A stretch of 40,907 nt of DNA from a virus, in IMG/VR virus record IMGVR_UViG_3300045988_157868, positions 1-40,907 of that record; one strand, 5' to 3'. The stretch's first letter is position 1; every line of letters begins with the position of its first letter. The notes under the pieces were generated by a model that was not told the origin of the DNA, searched no databases, and saw only the letters and a program-made list of their open reading frames with translations. The position numbers were made by a program, and so were the translations under genes. This document shows, in pieces, positions 1 to 8,542 of this stretch.

Positions 1-21
1 GTTAAACGTGGAGCTAACGGG
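1..21. repeat. Left copy of the 21-bp terminal direct repeat (att core or circular-assembly overlap)
   Basis: gttaaacgtggagctaacggg at 1-21 is identical to 40887-40907. Confidence 0.9.
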
Positions 22-131
22 CATCTAACCTTAGTAGCTCTTAGCTTTGACTTTAGCCAGCTTATTTTTCTTGTGGTCCAGCTAATGTCCAATTTTCAAG
101 GGCGAAGGCGGGGCCGAAAGTGTTGCCAATA

Positions 132-611
132 TCATCTTCGGCTATCACGGTCTCGGATCAGATTATCAGTGTCCTCACTGATAGCAAGAACACGTTCCAC
201 CGCTGAAGGGATAGTAGGCCTTCCTGGAGGATTAGGGTACGTTTCCAACAAAGTTCGGAGCGTCAGCCGCACCTGCACATCTAGGATCCGCTCGGATCTC
301 ATAGCGTCGATGGTATGTTCCATTTCGGCCTGCTGGGCTTCTAGCTTCTCGATCTTTCGCCAGAGGTCCTCGCGGAGGCGGGTGCCGGCTTCGAGAGTGA
401 GCTGAAGTTCGCTCTGCGCCAACTGGGCTTTTGCGGTTTCTGCTTCCCGCTCAGCCACAGCGCGTGCCGCCGCCGACTCCAGCGCTTTCGTTCGCCAGAG
501 GGTTCTCTGCACGATCACTGTGGTGGTCAGTGTGGTCACTAGGGTGAGGAGCGCGATACCAATGCTCTCAGTGATCCCCAAGCCCGATAGCGATAATCCA
601 GCTGGGTCCAT
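132..611 (-). CDS. Membrane-anchored coiled-coil protein, last gene of the lysis cassette (holin-accessory position)
   Basis: 159-aa ORF. N-terminal hydrophobic segment IGIALLTLVTTLTTTVIV, then an Ala/Glu/Leu-rich coiled-coil-like region. Lies immediately downstream of the holin. Confidence 0.55.
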   Translation of the reverse strand: MDPAGLSLSGLGITESIGIALLTLVTTLTTTVIVQRTLWRTKALESAAARAVAEREAETAKAQLAQSELQLTLEAGTRLREDLWRKIEKLEAQQAEMEHTIDAMRSERILDVQVRLTLRTLLETYPNPPGRPTIPSAVERVLAISEDTDNLIRDRDSRR

Positions 612-716
612 GTGGCCTCCAGTCCTAGGATAGGGCCACCGCGGAATCGACCACTGCCGCCACCAAGGTGGAATCCAGACTACGGATCAGCGCCTCCACT
701 GCGGTAAACAGCACGA

Positions 717-1052
717 TTAGGTGGTCGGCCATTCCTTCACCTCCCGATGGTGAGCCGGAGCGCGGGTATCAATAGCAGCCGGTGGTGTGGTATTAGCCGG
801 TGTTGGCGTAGCCTCAACAGCAGTCGCAGGCGTACTCGGCGGAACAATAGCCACCATGCCCGGCGCGCCGATGCGCCATGTAGAGATGGATGTAAGTAGG
901 GAAGCGATAGTGGCTGCTATTGCCAGCCCTAGGCATTCTTTCCAAACGTCAATGGGGGAAAAGATACTGATGGGCAGTGCTGGGATAGCGACTTGGGCGA
1001 AAGTCCTGGCAGCGCGGCTACCAGCATCAATCCAAAAGGCTTTATTCCACAT
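717..1052 (-). CDS. Holin (r1t-holin-like)
   Basis: 111 aa. N-terminus MWNKAFWIDAGSRAARTFAQVAIPAL resembles the r1t-type holin signature. Two hydrophobic segments and a Pro/Thr-rich tail. Start abuts the endolysin stop. Confidence 0.7.
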   Translation of the reverse strand: MWNKAFWIDAGSRAARTFAQVAIPALPISIFSPIDVWKECLGLAIAATIASLLTSISTWRIGAPGMVAIVPPSTPATAVEATPTPANTTPPAAIDTRAPAHHREVKEWPTT

Positions 1053-2525
1053 TTACTTGTTTCCTTCCTTGAGTAGGGTTTCGATCCGGTCGAGTCGCTC
1101 CGGGAGTGTGGCTACCGTGCGGGCGATTTCCGGGATGAGTTTGATTTTGTCGGCCACGAAGTCGACAAAGGTTTTGCCTTCGGTGGCTTTCCAGCCGGTG
1201 AAAAGTGGTTTGTTGTCCTGCCATTCGGGACCAACTAGTTGGTCTAGGATCCAGCGCACCATGCGTGGTTCTCCTTCTTCTTGTTGTGGTTGGTTCGGTG
1301 AGTCGAGCAGTTCGGCGGCGTAGGCCAGCACGACGTCAAACGGGAAGCCGGGGCCAGGGTCGGTGTGGTCAACTTCCCGCCAGGCCTCGGAAATTTCCGC
1401 ATGGCCATGAACACCACGGACACCTGCGCGGAGTTGATCGGCGTCGATGAACTCCAGGGGGATGTCGTAGAGCTGTGACCAGCTGGCGATTTGTTCGGCG
1501 GTCCGCCGCAGCTTTTGGTCGTCGTCAAGCCAGTCTTCGCGGCTCATGCTGGCGTAGCCGGTCAAACTGATGTGCAGGCAGCGGGCGTTGCCGGTGGGGC
1601 CTGCTGCGTACGGCATGAAATCATCCGTGTTGCACAAAATGAGGTTGCCGTCTGCTCCGGCGAGCACGTTATAGCTGGAGCCGTTGGCGGGGTTTGTTTG
1701 CCACTGGGCGACGGCAATGCCGTCTCGCCCTGGCGGGCACTCCACCGTGTGGACACAGATCGACTGAATAGCATCGAGGGAGCGGTAGCCGACACCGGGC
1801 ATGTCCGCAGTGAAATCGGCATCGTAGCGGATTTTTGTTTCCATGGTTCCTCCTTCTTCTTGGGTTAGGGTTTCAGGTGCAGGAATGGGGGCGCGTGATG
1901 CGGTGCCATTTGGGTGTTGGCCCCAGTAGTCAGCAAGCACAAAATTGATATCACAGTCGATACCGCCCACGTTCTCGCTGCCGGGGCGCTGATAGAGCAC
2001 CGCTTCCGTAGATAGGACGCCTCCGCTCCAGGCCGCAGTCTGCCACGCCAGGAACTTTCCGCCGCCCAAGTCAGCGATGAGCGCATCTGCGGCAGCCCAA
2101 GCGATCACCCTGGAATGCCCATAAATACCGACCCGGGCGCGCCCTAAGACTTCACAACAGGCGCGGAAATACTCGGAAGCGGTACCGTTCCACTCATCAA
2201 GGCTGATAGGGAAATCCACCGCGAAGAACACGGGGTGATCGTTACACCCGAGCTCGTCGAGTTTCCGCTGGGCCGCCTGGGCATCAGCCAAGCCACCAGA
2301 GTAGCCACGCATCACGTCAGAGTCGGATTCCTTGCCAAACTGCCATACGAAAGCGACCTCCAGGCCATGAGCTTGGAGGTCATCTAGTTCAGCCTTCTGG
2401 ATGGGCTTTCCCCGCATCCAGCTAGCCCTGGGTGGGCTGATGTAGCGGATCACGCCATCATGGCCAGCGGCGCGAATCGCCACAGCTGGCGGCACGCCAG
2501 CACTGTAATCAAGGACTGTTAACAA
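1053..2525 (-). CDS. Endolysin: N-terminal Rv2525c/DUF1906-like glycosidase-like domain plus N-acetylmuramoyl-L-alanine amidase domain plus C-terminal domain
   Basis: 490 aa. N-terminal pattern VLDYSAG...VIRYIS...GLEVAFVWQ...VFFAVDFP...VGIYGH. Central amidase_2-like pattern ICVHTVECP...HGHAEIS...DHTDPGPGFP. Lies next to the holin. Confidence 0.85.
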   Translation of the reverse strand: MLTVLDYSAGVPPAVAIRAAGHDGVIRYISPPRASWMRGKPIQKAELDDLQAHGLEVAFVWQFGKESDSDVMRGYSGGLADAQAAQRKLDELGCNDHPVFFAVDFPISLDEWNGTASEYFRACCEVLGRARVGIYGHSRVIAWAAADALIADLGGGKFLAWQTAAWSGGVLSTEAVLYQRPGSENVGGIDCDINFVLADYWGQHPNGTASRAPIPAPETLTQEEGGTMETKIRYDADFTADMPGVGYRSLDAIQSICVHTVECPPGRDGIAVAQWQTNPANGSSYNVLAGADGNLILCNTDDFMPYAAGPTGNARCLHISLTGYASMSREDWLDDDQKLRRTAEQIASWSQLYDIPLEFIDADQLRAGVRGVHGHAEISEAWREVDHTDPGPGFPFDVVLAYAAELLDSPNQPQQEEGEPRMVRWILDQLVGPEWQDNKPLFTGWKATEGKTFVDFVADKIKLIPEIARTVATLPERLDRIETLLKEGNK

Positions 2526-2534
2526 TGTTTCTCC

Positions 2535-3323
2535 TTATTGGAAAGTCATAGGCAGCATGGGGTGAGCACCGTGCAAGCCCAGTGTGCGACGGATGAAATC
2601 AATCCCCCGGGGGCGGACACGAGTCGTGTGCGTTACCACCTGGGTGCCGTTCGAACGGGTATAGCCGCCGGCCTTCACCTCGAAATAGTTTGCATAGCGT
2701 TGGTATGGGGTGTTCCGCATGTCACCTTTAGTAATCAAGATGCCCCGGTTCCGCAGCTCACGGAAAAGTGTGTTCTGGCCGATCCCTAGCATTTTCGCCA
2801 CCGTGCCCATGCTGTAGGAGCCGGTGGAATCAATAAAACAGTCGTAGGCATCCGCCTTCGGCTGGAGCTGCTTATTAGCAGCCTCTAGGGCCAGGCGTTC
2901 CTCTTCAGCGTTGAGCGCAATTAAAAGAATCTCAGATCGGGTCAACTGCGATGGATCAAACGCCGGCGCCACCATGCGTGCGCGCTTTTCCACCTCGATG
3001 AAATAGCGGCGGGCTTGCCTACCCCTAGCGGAGCGCTGGATCATGGCAATCTCCTTTGCCATGTCCAAAGACACAACATGATTCAACCGCGGCCGAGACG
3101 GCATTCCCGCAGGTGACGCCGAACGGTCATTTTTGACCACATAGTCCACACCCTCCTCAAAACCATAAGCAACCATCCGCGGAAACCAGTGGCGATACGA
3201 CGCCCCGGCTTCCAAAAACTCGTGAAGGTCACGCCCTAACACCGCCTGAACGCCCTCCCCCATGTTCGTAATAGGGATGAGCTGGCCGCCGCTTGGTGTA
3301 TGATTATTATCTGGTTTCGACAT
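2535..3323 (-). CDS. Antirepressor (AntA-like N-terminal domain plus KilAC C-terminal domain)
   Basis: 262 aa. LHEFLEAGASYRHWFPRMVAYGFEEGVDYVV and MAKEIAMIQRSARGRQARRYFIEVEKR (AntA/Bro-like). YSMGTVAKMLGIGQNTLFRELRNRGIL (KilAC-like). SD GAAAGGAG upstream. Confidence 0.8.
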   Translation of the reverse strand: MSKPDNNHTPSGGQLIPITNMGEGVQAVLGRDLHEFLEAGASYRHWFPRMVAYGFEEGVDYVVKNDRSASPAGMPSRPRLNHVVSLDMAKEIAMIQRSARGRQARRYFIEVEKRARMVAPAFDPSQLTRSEILLIALNAEEERLALEAANKQLQPKADAYDCFIDSTGSYSMGTVAKMLGIGQNTLFRELRNRGILITKGDMRNTPYQRYANYFEVKAGGYTRSNGTQVVTHTTRVRPRGIDFIRRTLGLHGAHPMLPMTFQ

Positions 3324-3356
3324 GAAGAGTCTCCTTTCGAAATTATTTTTGTATTA

Positions 3357-3399
3357 GGAAACCCGCGGCCTCACATTTTTAGGAGGGCCGCGGGTTTCC
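3357..3399 (-). terminator. Strong 14-bp-stem hairpin between the tail-fibre gene and the antirepressor gene
   Basis: GGAAACCCGCGGCC (3357-3370) pairs with GGCCGCGGGTTTCC (3386-3399), with a 15-nt loop. No clean T-tract. Confidence 0.5.
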
Positions 3400-3425
3400 G
3401 CATTTGTTAGTGCCAGGGTTGTTTG

Positions 3426-4628
3426 TTAGTTAATGGCGAAATCTCGGATGTACATGCCCATGCCGAATCCGGTCTTTGCTGCCGGGTCCGAGAAATTCAC
3501 GCTCACCACACCTTCCCTTGTGATGGTGCACCAGCCGGGGGCGCTGCGTTTCTCTGGGCTGGTGAGGAAGAAATCCACATCCCGATTCGGGGGCCGGAAC
3601 TTCGGCGGAAGGGTCCCTTTCACACCAGCAGAAGCACCGCTGACAGCGACCCACACCATCGCGCCAATCCGGGTGAAAATGATTTCACCGTCATTCCACC
3701 GGATCAGATCATCTTCCGGCACGTCAAGACGACGATTCACCTCCTTGATTTTGGTATCAACATAGCCCTTATTAGCAATATGAGTAGCGGTGACGGGATC
3801 ACCAATATCCGCATGACCAGTATCACTACGAATCATGAGGGAGGCCTGGCCCGGAGTCAGTAATGCTGAGGCCACCGGCGGAAGACCCTGAATATCACGG
3901 ATCTGGTGCGTATGCTCCTTATCAGCCTTCTCCAGCCGGAGCTTGTTATCGGCTTTGTCCACGTAGTCCTTGTTGGTTGCATGAGCCGGCTCAGTGATCG
4001 AGGGTGTGGTGATAGCGATCCGACCATCCGCCTTGGTCTTCACAAACGCAGCCCGTTGCACATCATGATGAATACTGAAATCCACATCCCCCGCAGTAAT
4101 AACCTTAGGCTCAGCAGCAGTGCCAGTCAGATCTCCAGCAAGTTGGATTTTGCCCTGCACGGTAGCGGTAGCAGGAGGCGTCGGTTGCACCGCAGCAGTG
4201 GCGTTTTCCGCAGCAGTTTCCGCCTTCTTCGCCGCCACCTCAGCAGCGCGTTCTGCAGTGATGGCACCCTGCCAGGCAGCATAGGCGCGGTCAGCGTCCG
4301 CCGCTACCGCTGATTCCACTGACGGCCGGTACTGGAAACTGCGCTCCATACACGTACGCAGCGACACCGGACCCGTTCCCTCAGGGACCACAACCTCAAA
4401 CGGGGCACTGCCACGCACGGATTGGGTACGGATCTGCACCAGCAGCGGGCCAGACTCTACCTGGACCTCGGCTTTGCCGTCGGTCAGATCAACATGCACG
4501 GGGGCTGTCATGATAACCGACCCCGTGAAATCGGCGGAGCCGCGGAGCGCTGGTGCCTGCAAGAGCACGTAGTCCTCGGGGTGGGGCTTACCGCCCACAT
4601 CGCGCAGGTCAATGATGAGTGTTCGCAT
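3426..4628 (-). CDS. Tail fibre / minor tail protein
   Basis: 400 aa. Last large gene of the tail block. Fibre-like motifs (KADKEHTHQIRDIQGLP, NKGYVD and NKDYVD repeats) and an Ala-rich coiled segment. Confidence 0.6.
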   Translation of the reverse strand: MRTLIIDLRDVGGKPHPEDYVLLQAPALRGSADFTGSVIMTAPVHVDLTDGKAEVQVESGPLLVQIRTQSVRGSAPFEVVVPEGTGPVSLRTCMERSFQYRPSVESAVAADADRAYAAWQGAITAERAAEVAAKKAETAAENATAAVQPTPPATATVQGKIQLAGDLTGTAAEPKVITAGDVDFSIHHDVQRAAFVKTKADGRIAITTPSITEPAHATNKDYVDKADNKLRLEKADKEHTHQIRDIQGLPPVASALLTPGQASLMIRSDTGHADIGDPVTATHIANKGYVDTKIKEVNRRLDVPEDDLIRWNDGEIIFTRIGAMVWVAVSGASAGVKGTLPPKFRPPNRDVDFFLTSPEKRSAPGWCTITREGVVSVNFSDPAAKTGFGMGMYIRDFAIN

Positions 4629-4648
4629 ATTTTTCCTCCTTGTTGGTT

Positions 4649-5542
4649 TTATACTTCGTCTCGAACAGTCTGCTCACCGAGGTTTTCCACCTCATGCGAA
4701 TGGCGGATAGCAGAAAAACTGGAGTATCTAGTCCCGCCATAGCACGTTCGCCAGTTCGCCATGTAGATCTGAACCTTTGCCTTATACCCAGGCCGGTCAA
4801 CCACAACCGGTTCCGTTGCCAGCACCAGCGACTGCGCATATTGTTGCGGGGTCTCAAAAGTTGCCGCGACCTCGTGGTACAACTGACCCTCAGGCGTGTA
4901 CACCAACAAGTTCACATCACAGTAACCCCAACCGGTATAGATAGTTTTCCCAATATGACACCTGGCGTTAAACGTCCACAGCCCCTTCGCATCAAGCACA
5001 ATCATGCCGTTTTCCGTATCCAAATGCGCATTCTTCGCAGGACCCACTTGTCCCTTAAAGGGCAAAGTCCGCGCTGTATTTGCCTGCCAGGCACTATTCA
5101 AATTCACCGTCTGATACGCGCACACATAGCCCGGCGCGCCGTCGAGCAGGTCGATTCGGTCGTTGAGGGCGAGCTGGCCGGAGAGGCCGGTCTTGATTTC
5201 TTTCTGCATCGGTTTAATGAGACTCCCCACCGCGTCGAAGACCCGGTTCAGTAGGCTGCCGATGAATTCGAGGCCGGTCTTAACGACGAAGGCGGCGCCG
5301 GTGGCGAGAGCCCGGAAGATGTCGGCGATGCCGCTGAGTACGGTTTTGCCTAGGTCGGCCATGAGCTCGGGTAACCCTTTCTTTCCGAAGGGCATGGCTT
5401 CGAGGGCTTGTTTGCGGGCGCGGTCTTTGACGGTTTTCTCGGTGTAGGGGGTGATTGTTTTGACCTGGGCACCTACTAGCGTGTCCCCGGTGGTTTTTAG
5501 CGGGTAGTCGCCGCTTTCGATGAGGGCCTTTGGGTCAGTCAT
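4649..5542 (-). CDS. Minor tail protein (possible receptor-binding, beta-rich C-terminus)
   Basis: 297 aa. Position within the tail-tip block. C-terminal beta-rich region (GLWTFNARCHIGKTIYTGWGYCDVNLLVY). Confidence 0.55.
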   Translation of the reverse strand: MTDPKALIESGDYPLKTTGDTLVGAQVKTITPYTEKTVKDRARKQALEAMPFGKKGLPELMADLGKTVLSGIADIFRALATGAAFVVKTGLEFIGSLLNRVFDAVGSLIKPMQKEIKTGLSGQLALNDRIDLLDGAPGYVCAYQTVNLNSAWQANTARTLPFKGQVGPAKNAHLDTENGMIVLDAKGLWTFNARCHIGKTIYTGWGYCDVNLLVYTPEGQLYHEVAATFETPQQYAQSLVLATEPVVVDRPGYKAKVQIYMANWRTCYGGTRYSSFSAIRHSHEVENLGEQTVRDEV

Positions 5543-5933
5543 AGTTTACTTTCGCCTCCTGCCTTGTGGTGGGTTCTGGGGGTGTGAGGTCGTCGGTAAG
5601 CTGGTCGAGCAGGGCGCGTTTTTCCGCCATGGAAAGGTGAGAAATGTCTGGGGTGGTCACCTCGGGCGGGAGTGGCTGGTTGATGTCTACCCATTTGCCG
5701 CCGGCGGCGGTGATCCAATCATGGGGGCCGCGGGGCGGCACGTATTTTATTTCCTGGAGTTCTGGGTGGTGGCGGAAGCCGCACCGGTAGAGGTGTTCCG
5801 ACCATTGCCTAAGCGTGCTGGTGGGGACCACGAGGGGGGCGGATGCGGCGGGGCCAGCCAGGCCGACAAGGGCCCAGAGGGCGTGTTCTTCGGGGGATTC
5901 CGGGTCGCAGGCGGTTTGGAGAGGGATGGGCAT
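5535..5933 (-). CDS. Hypothetical tail-block protein
   Basis: 132-aa ORF tightly packed between minor tail genes, overlapping both neighbours by a few nt. No recognisable motif. Confidence 0.5.
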   Translation of the reverse strand: MPIPLQTACDPESPEEHALWALVGLAGPAASAPLVVPTSTLRQWSEHLYRCGFRHHPELQEIKYVPPRGPHDWITAAGGKWVDINQPLPPEVTTPDISHLSMAEKRALLDQLTDDLTPPEPTTRQEAKVNYD

Positions 5934-5934
5934 G

Positions 5935-7626
5935 TTAGATGACTCCTAGATCATGGATGCTGCTCATGGAGGATTTCACCCTGGTGAGGATTTGTTCCAG
6001 GGGTGAGTGCTGGGCCTGGGGGTCACCGCAGACGCACGCCCAGCCGCGGGTGTCGCGGTCTAGCTCGTAGGTGATTTCAGTGACCTGTTCGACAACTACT
6101 TGGTCGCCGGGGAGGCCTTTGATGGTGGCGCCGATCCGGTCGCCCAGGAAGAAATGGCCCTGGCCTCGGTCGCCGATGAACCATGGGGCGCCGTCGCCGA
6201 GGGTGAGTTTGTGGGAGGTTTTTTCGCGGGTGTCCCAAAACCCCTCCCGGAGTGCGGCCAGAGCAGACAGTGTGTAGCCGCGGTCTGCGCCGTCGGCGAA
6301 GTGCTCCCAGTATTTTGACCATCCTAGGGTGCGGCTGCGTTGGATTGATTTTAGCGACATCCAGGCCAAAATAGTGTCTTCGTAGAAGGGTTTGAGGAGA
6401 GTATCCGCAATGACACCAATGGTCGGTGTGGCGATAAACATACCCAAGTAATTACCAACCAGCGTCACTAGGGATGATAGGGCTTCGTTGACGCCGTAGG
6501 TGGAGTGGCCGCCGGTGAGGATTTGGACTGCGGTGGCGGGTTCCCAGGTGAAATCCGCGGCTTCTATGCCGGTTAGCGGAGCATCCCGGTATAGCACGTA
6601 TGGGCACTGGGGGATGGTGCCGATCCAGTTCGGCGCGGAGTATTTCACCGGGATATTTGGGTTAGGGATCACTGTGTGCTCGGTGTCAACGTTATGGCCA
6701 ACCAGTTGTTGGGTGGTGCGGAGGAAGCCTTCTCGGATGGTGCCCCACAGGGAAGTGCCTTCAGGATCAAACCACGAGGACTTGTCCACAATGTCGATAA
6801 CCAGGCACCCGTGCCGGATTTTCGCACCCGGCCACGGGAGCGGATCCCCTTCTAGGTATCTGCGGCATTCCACCATCAGCTGGGCCTGCCGCAGTGGACT
6901 AGCCGCCATATCATGCCACGTTTTCATCCGCGACGAAATAATGGCCCATGGGGTGGTATCACCACCGATCCTCCCCGGCGCGACTTGGATTGCCCAGGTG
7001 CGGGGGTTGAATGTGTCGGTCCATTCGGTGAGGTCGAGTGGGTCGTCGGGCAGTGCCCACACGGAGCCCTCCAAGCGCCAAACATTGAGCATGAGGGCGG
7101 TCTTAAGGGCCCACCGGGTGGGGCCAAGCAGCATAAAAGTGCGAGGGAATTGGACCGCTGCCGGGGTGAGCGGATTCGGCCACACATAAATGTGTTTGAG
7201 TTCTTCGTAGTCGTGGAGGAAATTCAGCTCCAGGTATCTTTGGCCTGTGCGTTCTTTTACTAGGCGGGTGGATTTCAGGCGGCCACTCCAGCGTGCCCCG
7301 TCTTTGTCCATGGTGATGTGGATGTTTTTTGTGGGGCGACTGTGGTGGTCGAGGGCCCAGGTAGCAAGCCAATGATCTATCGGAATGGTGATAGTACCGG
7401 CCCCGGTGTCGTTGAGTTTCCATTGGAATTTGGCGTGGATGGCGTCTACCAGGCGGCCTTTGAGGTTCCAGTCGCCGTCCCAAAGCCGGATAAGAGGTGG
7501 GGTGCGGCGGGCTAGGATGCGGCCTTGTCTGAGGGTTTGGCCTTTCCGCCACACTGTTTCTAGCCGGTCTAGGGTGCCCTGGTCGAGGGTTTGGGTGCCT
7601 GGCATGAGGCGCGGAGTGGTGGTCAT
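5935..7626 (-). CDS. Minor tail protein in the Tal (baseplate hub) position
   Basis: 563 aa from ATG 7626 (MTTTPRLMPG). SD GGAAGGAGG upstream. TAATG overlap with the preceding stop. Follows the Dit-position gene. Confidence 0.65.
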   Translation of the reverse strand: MTTTPRLMPGTQTLDQGTLDRLETVWRKGQTLRQGRILARRTPPLIRLWDGDWNLKGRLVDAIHAKFQWKLNDTGAGTITIPIDHWLATWALDHHSRPTKNIHITMDKDGARWSGRLKSTRLVKERTGQRYLELNFLHDYEELKHIYVWPNPLTPAAVQFPRTFMLLGPTRWALKTALMLNVWRLEGSVWALPDDPLDLTEWTDTFNPRTWAIQVAPGRIGGDTTPWAIISSRMKTWHDMAASPLRQAQLMVECRRYLEGDPLPWPGAKIRHGCLVIDIVDKSSWFDPEGTSLWGTIREGFLRTTQQLVGHNVDTEHTVIPNPNIPVKYSAPNWIGTIPQCPYVLYRDAPLTGIEAADFTWEPATAVQILTGGHSTYGVNEALSSLVTLVGNYLGMFIATPTIGVIADTLLKPFYEDTILAWMSLKSIQRSRTLGWSKYWEHFADGADRGYTLSALAALREGFWDTREKTSHKLTLGDGAPWFIGDRGQGHFFLGDRIGATIKGLPGDQVVVEQVTEITYELDRDTRGWACVCGDPQAQHSPLEQILTRVKSSMSSIHDLGVI

Positions 7627-8516
7627 TAGAGCCTCCTTCCACCCCAGGGCCTGGTCCAATATTCGGCCATGCGGCACTGGATGGATGATTCCACGCCGCC
7701 GGTGAGGGTGGCTTTGACTGGTATCACGGTGGGTGGTGTGTGGGGTGGGAGTGGGTAGAGGAAATCCACACCAGCAAACCGGCCAGCAATGTTGGAGCCG
7801 TTGGCGGCTACGTAGCGCTCGTGGCGTGGGTAGGTGTCAATTGTGAGGTCTTCCCCGGGGCGGAGTTGTGGGGTGGTGATGGTGCGGCGCCCATCGCGGC
7901 CAGTGGGGTCCGCGAAATCATAATCGGGGATAGTCCACTGGCCGGGTGCGGTCATCGCCCACTGCAGCCACAAAGGCCGGTCGGTGGGGTTATGCACCGT
8001 CAGTGTGCCGCTGGTGCTGCCCGGGGTGGCCTTGAACACTGACACGTGCGTGTCCCCTTTCCAGAACGGAAAAGCCGCGCGTAGGTTCAGGATGAGTTTG
8101 GAGTGGTGGAGGAGCCGCGGGTCTTTCTTCGACTGGGTTTTACTCTCCTTGAGCTTGACGACCTCTAGGGTGCGGCACTCGCTGTTGGTGGTGACCATGA
8201 TGGTGGCCGGGGTGTCCGGGGCGAAGCCCGAGTAAAAGCGGGATTCGATGGTTTCCCAGTCACCGTCATCACCGTAAATGTCGAATCCCAGTACCAGGTC
8301 GATGGGTTCGATGGTGTGCCCTAGGTAGGTGGAGCCTTCCTGGAATGCGGATTGCTGCCAGATGCCTGAAATGGGCGCTTCGTCGAACAGGCCCTGGGGG
8401 TCTTCGGCCAGCTCGACACCCTCCGCGCCCATGCCCGCACCGGAAACGGTCCACGTGCGACCGTGAATGTCCGTGATGTCGATGCGGGCGGGGGTTCCAA
8501 TATCTAACACAACCAA
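7626..8516 (-). CDS. Distal tail protein (Dit-position phage tail family protein)
   Basis: About 295 aa, directly after the tape measure gene. SD GGAAGGAG at 8521-8528. Start ambiguous (TTG 8516 or GTG 8510). Confidence 0.6.
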   Translation of the reverse strand: MVVLDIGTPARIDITDIHGRTWTVSGAGMGAEGVELAEDPQGLFDEAPISGIWQQSAFQEGSTYLGHTIEPIDLVLGFDIYGDDGDWETIESRFYSGFAPDTPATIMVTTNSECRTLEVVKLKESKTQSKKDPRLLHHSKLILNLRAAFPFWKGDTHVSVFKATPGSTSGTLTVHNPTDRPLWLQWAMTAPGQWTIPDYDFADPTGRDGRRTITTPQLRPGEDLTIDTYPRHERYVAANGSNIAGRFAGVDFLYPLPPHTPPTVIPVKATLTGGVESSIQCRMAEYWTRPWGGRRL

Positions 8517-8542
8517 CCAACTCCTTCCAACCAGGTTTCTGG

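Noticed and set aside
1-21. Resemblance of ggagctaacg in the terminal repeat to a conserved 16S rRNA stretch, and the idea that the att core is tRNA-derived.
   Set aside because: Only about 10 nt are similar, which is compatible with chance. No T-arm or acceptor features lie in or next to the core.
612-716. Possible 29-codon GTG-initiated hydrophobic ORF between the holin and the 159-aa gene (VLFTAVEALIRSLDSTLVAAVVDSAVALS).
   Set aside because: It is too short, has no convincing SD, and cannot be supported from sequence alone.
787-1323. Plus-strand ORFs overlapping the minus-strand lysis and structural genes (for example 787-1323, 6500-7189, 12339-13259, 14753-15682, 24223-24642).
   Set aside because: They lie antisense to or out of frame with long ORFs that have clear phage protein motifs. 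They lack SD sequences and have Ala/Arg/Ser/Pro-rich shadow composition typical of high-GC DNA.
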